Source: Oscillospiraceae bacterium
GTDB taxonomy: Bacteria; Bacillota; Clostridia; Oscillospirales; CAG-382
Direction of reading: 5' to 3'
Length of the DNA stretch: 64,000 nucleotides
Assembly (NCBI GenBank): GCA_015064485.1
Contig: SVSD01000002.1
Location: 49,709 to 113,708, forward strand
In this document: positions 9,846-17,621 of the stretch, piece after piece
Layout: every line of letters starts with the position of its first letter
Numbering within the stretch: position 1 is the first letter of the stretch
Position numbers and translations under genes: made by a program
The notes under the pieces: model-generated
Seen by the model: the letters and a program-made list of their open reading frames with translations, nothing else
Database searches by the model: none
Told to the model about the DNA's origin: nothing

Positions 9846-10490
9846 TCAGTGAATAAAAGTTTCCTTGAAACAGATCTCAAAATAATCTCTTTCGGGAAGT
9901 GCGCTTACAACCTTGGCAATTGTACCGGGGTTGTTTGCAAAATCAAAATCATATCCGTTGTCGCAAAGTGCAAGGGCATCAAAACCGCAAGGCGGGATTA
10001 CTGCATAAACATCACCTACGCAAGGTGTTCCGCCTTCCTTTACGGTAAGAGTGTTGCCCGAGGAGGCGATGATTTCTCTTGCAAGGCCTGTGTGGTCGGT
10101 ATTTGTGCTTGTTTCATTCTTTGAAATAAGCTTAATATATCCGCCCTTCAAAGCATCGGCTCCGGCAGGGAGCTCGAGACCGGATACATTTATCTGTGTA
10201 GCCGTTCCCTTTTCGGAAACTTCAAAAACCTTGTTTGCGATTGCAATTATCATACCGGGAGAAACGATAACTCTGACTCTTCCGGAACCCGAACGGGGAT
10301 TTAATTCTTCCTTTTTCACTTTGTAGGATTCTGCAAGAATACCGAGAACTGTATCGGTATTTTCAGCCTTTTTGACTTTGCCGTTATTAAGAGTCACCGC
10401 TGTGCCCTTAAAAAGATCTTCTTCTGTTTCGATTTCGTATTCACGGATACAGGGAGATGCAGTCCCTGCGCTGTTCATAATATACTCCAT
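9846..10490 (-). CDS. phage head-associated protein (possible decoration or accessory head protein)
   Basis: 214 aa ORF between the scaffold-like and capsid-like genes. Confidence 0.45.
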   Translation of the reverse strand: MEYIMNSAGTASPCIREYEIETEEDLFKGTAVTLNNGKVKKAENTDTVLGILAESYKVKKEELNPRSGSGRVRVIVSPGMIIAIANKVFEVSEKGTATQINVSGLELPAGADALKGGYIKLISKNETSTNTDHTGLAREIIASSGNTLTVKEGGTPCVGDVYAVIPPCGFDALALCDNGYDFDFANNPGTIAKVVSALPERDYFEICFKETFIH

Positions 10491-10510
10491 ATTACTTTCC
10501 TTTCGTTATT

Positions 10511-11206
10511 TTACTTTCCGATTTTTTTCGACGGTATTTGTGATAAAAACTCGGAATACTGTTTGTAGGACATCCCGGCGGATGCCGCTATTCTCTTTTG
10601 ATTTTCTGTAAGTAAACTTGCGTAATCGGGCGTCCCCGCCGCATACCCCGAAAATCCCGTGGAAGCAAGTCCACGCTGTGCCGCTCTTGCGTGTGCCGCA
10701 GATTTTGCGTTTTCCATACCTGCAAGAAAAATACAGTAATCTTCAAACAGAGTTACAAGATCTCCTTCTCGCCTTTTGCAAAAGCTTCTGAACATCTTGT
10801 CCTCCATAACCTCTCCAAGCTTTTCCTCGCCGTACAAAGCAGCAAACTCAGAGAGCTCCCTTAACCGTTTTTCCTTTTCGGATATGTAATTTCCATCCGC
10901 TCCGCCTTCATTATCGGCTTTCTGTGCGTCGGGAACCGCATCAGTGCCGTTGTCTTCTCCGACGGGCGTCTTATCCGCTGAAAGCGATACTGCAAGTTCC
11001 GAAAGCTTTTGTGCAATTTTGGCATTCGAAAGATTTTTAAACCCCTCTTCTTTTCTTATCATCCCAAGTGCTTCACGCACTTTGATAAGCGATTCGTTGT
11101 TTTTTCTCTCTCTTGAAAGCCTTGTTTCTACAATGTTTTCGAGATCTTCTGCTGTATATAATTTTTCATCGGATAAATTCTTGTGTTCCCGGGATCTTGT
11201 TTCCAT
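10511..11206 (-). CDS. phage scaffolding protein candidate
   Basis: 231 aa, helical and charged; N-terminal LYTAEDLENIVETRLSRERKN resembles scaffold proteins of Firmicutes phages; overlaps the portal 3' end by 41 nt. Confidence 0.6.
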   Translation of the reverse strand: METRSREHKNLSDEKLYTAEDLENIVETRLSRERKNNESLIKVREALGMIRKEEGFKNLSNAKIAQKLSELAVSLSADKTPVGEDNGTDAVPDAQKADNEGGADGNYISEKEKRLRELSEFAALYGEEKLGEVMEDKMFRSFCKRREGDLVTLFEDYCIFLAGMENAKSAAHARAAQRGLASTGFSGYAAGTPDYASLLTENQKRIAASAGMSYKQYSEFLSQIPSKKIGK

Positions 11207-12953
11207 AAAGCTCCTCCTTCATATCTTTCATTATTTCGTCTTTATTGTTTTGAGAAAATTTCCTTTCGAGCGAATCACATATATCTCCTCTCATCGGAAG
11301 TCCGATAAGTTCCACATAGCTTTGTATAAGTCTGTAATTGTCCTCTGTAACAGGTACTTTTATAAGTTCCGAAAGTGCCTGAATTGTGAAAGCTTTGGAA
11401 TTTGCAACTCCGTCGCCCACATGAATCTTTACATCCACAACAGGAATATATGCGCTCTCCGAATTTTCGGGATATGTTGCAAAATCGTTGAATCTGTAAA
11501 CAGTTTCACCCGCGTCAACCGCTCCTATTGATATAATTCTTCCGTCGTCGTAATATTCAAGTGCCGTACGATCAATAAGTTCGTAAAGCCGCTTGAAACC
11601 TTCGGATTTTATTACCTTTTTCATCATCTGACGGTTTTTCGATCTTTCATTTATCAAAGCAATTCCCGATGCCGTTGTAACACGGGTAGGTTCAACCCCC
11701 TGATTAAGCTCGTAATTTCCCGTCGTATCTCTCATAACACTTCGCCAGTGTTCTGAATTGTTGTACTGATTTGTTTCCGAGTAAGCTCCGTTTCCAAGTC
11801 TTTGTATCTTGCCCATCATACCGGGGCGAAGCTTCCATACAGCACCGGGGGAATTATCCAGCGTTCCGTCATCTGAAAGTGCATTTTCCTCGGCAACTAT
11901 TATGTCATTCGAAGAAAAAGCGGAATTGAGCTGAGCATATGCAAGCTCTCTGTCTGCCGCATCAATAAGCGGAACAAGTGCTTCAAGTTCACTTTTACCC
12001 CATACGCTGTCTTCTTTGGGAATCTTTGAATATATGACAAACGGGAACATCGAGCAAACAGTATTTTTCCAGTATTTGGGTATATATCTTATTTCTCTGT
12101 CGCCGATAAGAATGGAAAGGGCGATATCCCCTGCTTTCCATTTGTAATTCACCTTGACTTTTTCACCGTTTATGTTGCAGACAATAGACTGCTGACCGTC
12201 CTGCGGCTGTCTGAACCACCATTCGGTTACGGTTACGGTATCGTCGGAAGCGTCAAAAGCTCCCGCTTCTTCTCCCGTATATTCATAATACCCGTACCCT
12301 GAGCGATAACCGTTTATATAGTCATCAATATCCGTACCCATTTCTTTAAGCTCGTTTTCAAAAACTCTTTTTGCCTTCTGCTTATGAAGTCTGTATACAT
12401 ATCCTATATATTCACATCCATCTACCGTAGAAGACGAAGGATCGGTAAATATCTGCTCCGGCTTCGGATTATCAACAATTACATCCCCGTAATTGTATCC
12501 GTCAAAAACAGACGAATCCCAGCAAACCTTGTATACCGCAGAACCCAAAATATTAAGTCTTCTTTCGTTTACAGCATTTTTATGCTGAAGGGCGTTTATA
12601 TCACAAATATATCTTGTGATATACTCTCTCTGCTTTGCCCTGTCAAAATCCTCATGAGCCCTTGGAGAAAACTCAAAATCGGGGACTGCAGTATCAACCT
12701 GGCTTTCCACATGAATAAATCCGTCGGTCGCCTGAGCAGGCTCCCAGGGGATGTCCTGTTCCTGAGTAAAAACAGCATTATGTACGCGTATCTCGTGATC
12801 GCCGTCATAATACGCTCTCATTTTTTTCCAATAAGTGCTTATAGGATTTTTGCTTTTGCCTGCGAGAGAAAGCAATGATTTGATGGTTTTTTCTCTTGCA
12901 TACGAGTCGGAATAATCATAAATTCCCAACAAAGAATCTTTTGATCTTTTCAT
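11166..12953 (-). CDS. phage portal protein
   Basis: 595 aa immediately downstream of large terminase; N-terminal YYDGDHEI motif reminiscent of SPP1-type portals. Confidence 0.75.
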   Translation of the reverse strand: MKRSKDSLLGIYDYSDSYAREKTIKSLLSLAGKSKNPISTYWKKMRAYYDGDHEIRVHNAVFTQEQDIPWEPAQATDGFIHVESQVDTAVPDFEFSPRAHEDFDRAKQREYITRYICDINALQHKNAVNERRLNILGSAVYKVCWDSSVFDGYNYGDVIVDNPKPEQIFTDPSSSTVDGCEYIGYVYRLHKQKAKRVFENELKEMGTDIDDYINGYRSGYGYYEYTGEEAGAFDASDDTVTVTEWWFRQPQDGQQSIVCNINGEKVKVNYKWKAGDIALSILIGDREIRYIPKYWKNTVCSMFPFVIYSKIPKEDSVWGKSELEALVPLIDAADRELAYAQLNSAFSSNDIIVAEENALSDDGTLDNSPGAVWKLRPGMMGKIQRLGNGAYSETNQYNNSEHWRSVMRDTTGNYELNQGVEPTRVTTASGIALINERSKNRQMMKKVIKSEGFKRLYELIDRTALEYYDDGRIISIGAVDAGETVYRFNDFATYPENSESAYIPVVDVKIHVGDGVANSKAFTIQALSELIKVPVTEDNYRLIQSYVELIGLPMRGDICDSLERKFSQNNKDEIMKDMKEELYGNKIPGTQEFIR

Positions 12954-12973
12954 AGTTTTTTCCTTTCATAAAG

Positions 12974-14299
12974 TCATAATTTCCGCAGATGTGCGTTGCC
13001 TTTTATCTTTTGAGAAAGCCTTTTGGGTTTTTCTTTCTTTTCATTTTGCGAAGCAAAAAATGCTCTTGAAGATGCAAAATACCTCAAAGCATCGGGGGCG
13101 TGAGTTATTTCGTGAGGCTTTGTAGACGCATCTCCCGGTTTTTTCGGATCATGCAATAGCTGCGGAAGACATCTGATAAGATTTGAACAATTCCTGAAAA
13201 TCGTCATTTTGCTCTTTTTTCTGCCGTCCTCATCTATATAAGGCTTGAGCCATTCTTTAAGACAAAGAAAACTCTGTACTCTTTCGGGAGATATCTTTGT
13301 AAGATAGACCCCGTTTTCGCAAAAAAGCTCATATATGCTTTTCCCCGAATCCTTTTGTCTGCTCCATAAATCGCTCGGTGCGATAAACTGGCAAACACCC
13401 GAAGACTTTTCTTTTATTTTTTTTGCCGCCTCGCTTACAATAAGGTCTTTTTCATAAACCTCATCATAAACATGTGCATGACCGTCGGGAGAAAGAGCCA
13501 CAAAAACCGCTGCAAGCATATCAAGTCCGTAGTCAATAGCACAGTATCTTGACCATTCCTTCGGGATCTCATGCTCGTCGCAGGTATGTACCGACATATC
13601 AAATTCAGGGAAAAACTGCCCCTGAAAAGCATCCCATTTTCCGTAAAGCCAGGCGTCACGAAGGGAAACAGGTAAGCTTTTAAGTCTTTCGATATAATCC
13701 GGATCCTTTGAAAGCAATGCTTTATTGTCGTAAACAACAGCAGGAATAAATCTGTAGTCCTTCGGGTTTTCGCCTTCCCTGTAATCTCTGTCGATAAAAA
13801 GCCGTTTTACCCAACCGTGTCCCACTCCTCCGGGGTTGCAGGTAATATACATTCGTTTCGGAAAGTCGTTGGCGCCGCGAAGACAGCCCTTAAAGGTCTG
13901 AAACTGATACTCTGTAAGCTGGGTAGCCTCATCAAGGGCGATTATATCAAATTCCTGTCCCTGATACCTGTCCACATCTCCTTCGCTGTCGCAATATCCC
14001 ATTTTGATATGAGAACCGTTTTTAAATTCAAAGGTCTTTCTTGTGTCGGTATATGTTGCGATCTCCGCAAGCTCGGCACACATAGGCCGTATATGATTTT
14101 CTCTCAGCTCCTGATAGCTTTTTCTTACAATAAGAACCGAAAGTCCCGGATATCTTAAACACATAAGTATCATCTTCCGCCTTAAAGCCCAGCTTTTCCC
14201 TCCGCCTCTTGCTCCGCCGTATGCCACATATTTTTCGTCAGCCGAAAAAAAGAGCATCTGCTTTTCCTGCGGATATCCTTTTAAAAAAAGTTTCTTCAA
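12974..14299 (-). CDS. phage terminase large subunit
   Basis: 441 aa; Walker A GGARGGGKS; Walker B IIALDEAT; C-terminal nuclease-like region. Confidence 0.85.
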   Translation of the reverse strand: MKKLFLKGYPQEKQMLFFSADEKYVAYGGARGGGKSWALRRKMILMCLRYPGLSVLIVRKSYQELRENHIRPMCAELAEIATYTDTRKTFEFKNGSHIKMGYCDSEGDVDRYQGQEFDIIALDEATQLTEYQFQTFKGCLRGANDFPKRMYITCNPGGVGHGWVKRLFIDRDYREGENPKDYRFIPAVVYDNKALLSKDPDYIERLKSLPVSLRDAWLYGKWDAFQGQFFPEFDMSVHTCDEHEIPKEWSRYCAIDYGLDMLAAVFVALSPDGHAHVYDEVYEKDLIVSEAAKKIKEKSSGVCQFIAPSDLWSRQKDSGKSIYELFCENGVYLTKISPERVQSFLCLKEWLKPYIDEDGRKKSKMTIFRNCSNLIRCLPQLLHDPKKPGDASTKPHEITHAPDALRYFASSRAFFASQNEKKEKPKRLSQKIKGNAHLRKL

Positions 14300-14301
14300 A
14301 T

Positions 14302-14697
14302 TTATTCACCAAGCCTTTTTGCATCCTCGGAAAGTTCAAGCGAAAAACCTTCGATGTCCTCTTGCTTTGTCTGCCAGCCGAAATGTTCCTTAAGAGAGTT
14401 AATCGAAGCTGTAGCCGATAATCTGCCGGCAAGAGAATTTTCTTCGATATAAGCTTCGATCCTTCTTTTTGCACCCGAAATTATACGCCTTAATGAACGG
14501 GAGCTGTTTTCCAGCTCCGAAAGCTCTTTTGCACTCATATCAAGGTAATACAAAAGGCCTGTCAGCGTATAGGGCTTTTTGGTTTTCTTATCTTTGTCAA
14601 GCTCATTGTTTTCTCCGTCGCACATAGCAAAGTATCTGTTTATCCTTTTTTCAAGCTCTTGTTTTCCTGTTTTGCCCTTATAAATATTCTGTTTCAA
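14302..14697 (-). CDS. phage terminase small subunit candidate (start uncertain, TTG proposed)
   Basis: Directly upstream of TerL (2-nt gap). The long track ORF overlaps the upstream gene; TTG at 14697 is preceded by AAGGGGAAG; helix-rich basic protein. Confidence 0.5.
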   Translation of the reverse strand: MKQNIYKGKTGKQELEKRINRYFAMCDGENNELDKDKKTKKPYTLTGLLYYLDMSAKELSELENSSRSLRRIISGAKRRIEAYIEENSLAGRLSATASINSLKEHFGWQTKQEDIEGFSLELSEDAKRLGE

Positions 14698-14710
14698 AAT
14701 TCTTCCCCTT

Positions 14711-14962
14711 TTAGTCGTTTCCGAGCATATGACACAGCTCGTAAAAATTATCCTCGGCATAATCCTGCCAACAGCTGCGGTGTATTGTATCGCCTGTCGA
14801 CATAACAAACGCCTTTTCCTCGCCCTTTACGATTTCGTAACCGCAGTACATGCATTTCTCACAAACACATTCGGGGTCGTCGTCTTTATCTTTTGATGAA
14901 AAAATTCCTTCCTCATCAAGTATCTCTTTTTCAAATGCAATAAAATCTATGCAACTATTCAT
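14711..14962 (-). CDS. small Cys-rich (zinc-ribbon-like) protein, first gene of the packaging operon
   Basis: 83 aa from ATG 14962 with RBS AAGGAGGGAGAGG; CVCEKCMYCG plus HRSC motifs. Confidence 0.5.
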   Translation of the reverse strand: MNSCIDFIAFEKEILDEEGIFSSKDKDDDPECVCEKCMYCGYEIVKGEEKAFVMSTGDTIHRSCWQDYAEDNFYELCHMLGND

Positions 14963-14978
14963 TTTCCTCTCCCTCCTT

Positions 14979-14990
14979 AAACATTTGTTC
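14979..14990. promoter_or_regulatory. Cheo-box-like palindrome AAACATTTGTTC (one mismatch to GAAC-N4-GTTC)
   Basis: Read directly; lies in the 5' leader just upstream of the RBS of the first packaging-operon gene. Confidence 0.4.
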
Positions 14991-15045
14991 TTAGAATTGT
15001 ACAAAAAATAAAAGAACATCAAAGACAAATTCGAATTTGTTTTTC

Positions 15046-15057
15046 AAACCTCTGTTC
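15046..15057. promoter_or_regulatory. Cheo-box-like palindrome AAACCTCTGTTC
   Basis: Read directly; lies just downstream of the predicted transcription start. Confidence 0.4.
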
Positions 15058-15070
15058 TTGTTATGCTGTG

Positions 15071-15099
15071 ATTATACCACAAAAATTGGAAAAAGTCAA
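15071..15099 (-). promoter_or_regulatory. strong sigma-A promoter of the packaging/head operon
   Basis: Minus strand TTGACT (15094-15099), 17 nt, TGgTATAAT extended -10 (15071-15076). Confidence 0.7.
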
Positions 15100-15108
15100 G
15101 AATTATTT

Positions 15109-15120
15109 GAACCTTTGTTC
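15109..15120. promoter_or_regulatory. perfect GAAC-N4-GTTC palindrome (LexA/Cheo-box-like operator)
   Basis: GAACCTTTGTTC, 9 bp upstream of the -35. Confidence 0.5.
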
Positions 15121-15206
15121 TAATTTCGGCTATTTTCACAATCTTTTTAGCATTTTTGTTCGATTTTTTGAATATTATTTGTTTATTATACCTATTGACA
15201 ATTAAA

Positions 15207-15218
15207 GAACTTGCGTTC
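15207..15218. promoter_or_regulatory. perfect GAAC-N4-GTTC palindrome (LexA/Cheo-box-like operator)
   Basis: GAACTTGCGTTC, between the nnr terminator and the packaging promoter. Confidence 0.5.
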
Positions 15219-15220
15219 TA

Positions 15221-15264
15221 AAAAATAATCGGTTGCATCAAACACAAAAACTGATGCAACCGAT
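15221..15264 (-). terminator. rho-independent terminator of nnr
   Basis: 13-bp stem ATCGGTTGCATCA / TGATGCAACCGAT followed on the minus strand by TATTTTTT. Confidence 0.8.
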
Positions 15265-15282
15265 CTTCTTATTTTGTTTAAT

Positions 15283-16785
15283 TCAGAACCCTTTTCTGAG
15301 TTCCTTTACCGCCAAATGTATGGATTTTACAGTATCCGAGGAAGTCATACAGATATCCCCGACACTTTCTTGCGCAAATTCTCCCGCAAGTCCCGAAATA
15401 TATGCGGCGCAGGAAACCGACAACTCATCCGGCTCACAATAGCCCATAAGTCCTGTCAGAATTCCCGACAAAACATCTCCGCTTCCCGCAGTCGCCATCC
15501 CTGCACATCCCGTGTCGGTGATAAAAACTTCTTTTTCGCCGGCAATGACAGTCCCCGCACCTTTCAAAAGAAGAATTACTTTTCCGTTTTTGTCTTTGAG
15601 GTACTCCTTTGCGCTTCCGACAGGATCGGAAAGTATTTTTTCCGTTTCATATCCCGATATCCTTGAAAACTCGAGAGGATGCGGTGTAAGTATTATTTTT
15701 TTGCAGCTTGTACGGGATAAAATATTTTTATCAAGTTTAGATAAGGCATTTATGCCGTCTGCATCAATAATCAGAACACCTTCGTAATTTTCTATAATAT
15801 ACGAAAGTATCTTCCCGTTATCTTTACCGTTTCCCCACCCCATTCCGCAGGACACCGCGGCAGTCCCCTTTAAAAGCAAATTGATTTTCTCTTTGTGAAA
15901 AATCATACTGCCGTCTTCATCGGGCATAACAAAAAGCGTACTTTCAAGAAGATACGGTGCAACATACGAAGAAACGGACTCCGCCACACACAGTTTTGTT
16001 ACGCCGCATCCGCTTTTCAGTGCGGAAAGAGCCATATTCGAAAGCTTTACAGCTCCCGAGTATTCGCGGCATCCGCCGATAATTGCAGTATATCCGAAAT
16101 TACCCTTGTGGCAATTATTTTCCCTTTCCCTTAAAATGTCCTTAAAATCAGCTTTTTCGGGTACAGAGACCTTTTCGCCCATAAGCGAAATTCCGATATC
16201 AATGCATTTTTTACTTTTCATTACATCTTTGGAGCGTCCGATAAAATGTCCGAGCTTATAAAACTGAACAGCAACTGTAAGATCGGATATGACCGAAATA
16301 TCTCCCAGTCCGCTGTCGCCCGAAATCCCCGAATTTATATCGGCACTTACAATATATGCGCCTGATTTGTTCATTCTTTCAATGCATTTTTCGACATTTC
16401 CGGAAACTTTACCCCGAAATCCCGTTCCGAAAATACAATCGGCAAGAGTATCAAATTTTGAAAATTCTGTGCCGTCAGAAAAGATTTCATACTCTATTCC
16501 CTTTTCAACGCACTTTTCAAAATAGTATCTTCCGTCTTCGGAAAATTTGTCCTCTACAAGAACTATTCTGCAGTTTCCTCCGTTTTCGTGTATTGCAAGC
16601 GCAATAACAAACCCGTCGCCGCCGTTATTTCCCGTTCCGCAAACGACGCAGGTATTACCCCAATTGCCGTATGCTTTAAAAATACCTCTGCCTGCACGGA
16701 GCATAAGCTCTTTTGAATCCGTTCCGCACTTTATAGTATTTTCGTCGGATATGCGCATAACTTTATTTGAAACTGCAACTTTCAT
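15283..16785 (-). CDS. nnr: bifunctional NAD(P)H-hydrate repair enzyme (epimerase + ADP-dependent dehydratase)
   Basis: 500 aa; YjeF-N motif GTGNNGGDG; C-terminal carbohydrate-kinase motif GSGDVLSG. Confidence 0.9.
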   Translation of the reverse strand: MKVAVSNKVMRISDENTIKCGTDSKELMLRAGRGIFKAYGNWGNTCVVCGTGNNGGDGFVIALAIHENGGNCRIVLVEDKFSEDGRYYFEKCVEKGIEYEIFSDGTEFSKFDTLADCIFGTGFRGKVSGNVEKCIERMNKSGAYIVSADINSGISGDSGLGDISVISDLTVAVQFYKLGHFIGRSKDVMKSKKCIDIGISLMGEKVSVPEKADFKDILRERENNCHKGNFGYTAIIGGCREYSGAVKLSNMALSALKSGCGVTKLCVAESVSSYVAPYLLESTLFVMPDEDGSMIFHKEKINLLLKGTAAVSCGMGWGNGKDNGKILSYIIENYEGVLIIDADGINALSKLDKNILSRTSCKKIILTPHPLEFSRISGYETEKILSDPVGSAKEYLKDKNGKVILLLKGAGTVIAGEKEVFITDTGCAGMATAGSGDVLSGILTGLMGYCEPDELSVSCAAYISGLAGEFAQESVGDICMTSSDTVKSIHLAVKELRKGF

Positions 16786-16815
16786 TCAGTCCTCCGATAA
16801 ATGCTTTTTTCTTCG

Positions 16816-16844
16816 ATTATACTCCTGCCCGAAAGATTATTCAA
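16816..16844 (-). promoter_or_regulatory. sigma-A promoter dedicated to nnr
   Basis: Minus strand TTGAAT (16839-16844), 17 nt, TATAAT (16816-16821). Confidence 0.6.
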
Positions 16845-16853
16845 TAGTTCTTC

Positions 16854-17015
16854 TTAAAAAACCTTGTCTTCGTCAGAGGTAAGCGCTTCATACTCAGCCT
16901 GGGAAATTTCATAATAGCAGCTTTCATCCTCGCCTTGCGCAAGATATATTTTTCTTCCGTAAGTTTTGCCGTTTGTAAGAATACAGCCTTTTGATGCTTC
17001 AATTACTTTTCTCAT
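16854..17015 (-). CDS. small phage-associated protein (53 aa, below the ORF-track cutoff)
   Basis: My own translation: MRKVIEASKGCILTNGKTYGRKIYLAQGEDESCYYEISQAEYEALTSDEDKVF; RBS AGGAGAAAGAG; 12 nt after the upstream fibre gene. Confidence 0.4.
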   Translation of the reverse strand: MRKVIEASKGCILTNGKTYGRKIYLAQGEDESCYYEISQAEYEALTSDEDKVF

Positions 17016-17027
17016 ACTCTTTCTCCT

Positions 17028-17621
17028 TTACACAAGCGATATTGTCCAGTTTTGTTTTGACGCAACAAGAGCATTCCATTCATCTTCGGAAAAAGCATTA
17101 TTTACAGCCGTTTCGGAAAGAGTAAGGGTAAGACCGCTTGAAGAAGCAGAAAGTGCATTGACAATCGATTCTATCGAAGCTCTTGACAGCTTTGTACTCC
17201 AATGAATATCAAAGCTCTTCCCTATTGTCCCGCTCATTTCAAGATTAACAAGGTTTGTCACTCCGGTAAATGTATTTGTGAATGATGTGTTTTCATTAAC
17301 AGTAAATTTGCGTATAGTATGACAATTAGACATATTGTAAAAGCAATTATTTGCATTTTTTGCGGCAATAATTTCAACTTTTGTGTCTGTTATGAGTTCA
17401 TTTGCGTAGAATATTGCTTGTGAGCCTGTTGTGGTATCGGTGCTCTTAATAACATATGGGGGATTGTAATTGTTATCATCAAATCTGTTATAAGCAAACG
17501 CATAATAATAGTTAGCCGCACGACCGCCGTTTTGTATACCTTCCCAAACAGAAAGTCTTCCTGCCTCATACACATCGTCAATGTCCTGTTTTAACTGCAA
17601 GGATTTTTCAGCAATATTCAT
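17028..17621 (-). CDS. phage tail fibre-associated protein with leucine-rich-repeat-like core
   Basis: 197 aa; start overlaps the fibre gene stop (ATGA-type coupling); N-x-x-F/L repeats (NCFYNMSNC...FTNTFTGVTNLVNL). Confidence 0.55.
   Translation of the reverse strand: MNIAEKSLQLKQDIDDVYEAGRLSVWEGIQNGGRAANYYYAFAYNRFDDNNYNPPYVIKSTDTTTGSQAIFYANELITDTKVEIIAAKNANNCFYNMSNCHTIRKFTVNENTSFTNTFTGVTNLVNLEMSGTIGKSFDIHWSTKLSRASIESIVNALSASSSGLTLTLSETAVNNAFSEDEWNALVASKQNWTISLV

Noticed and set aside
14698-14808. Long version of the small-terminase ORF
   Set aside because: It overlaps the upstream Zn-ribbon gene by ~100 nt. The TTG at 14697 with AAGGGGAAG upstream gives a typically sized TerS. The start remains uncertain.
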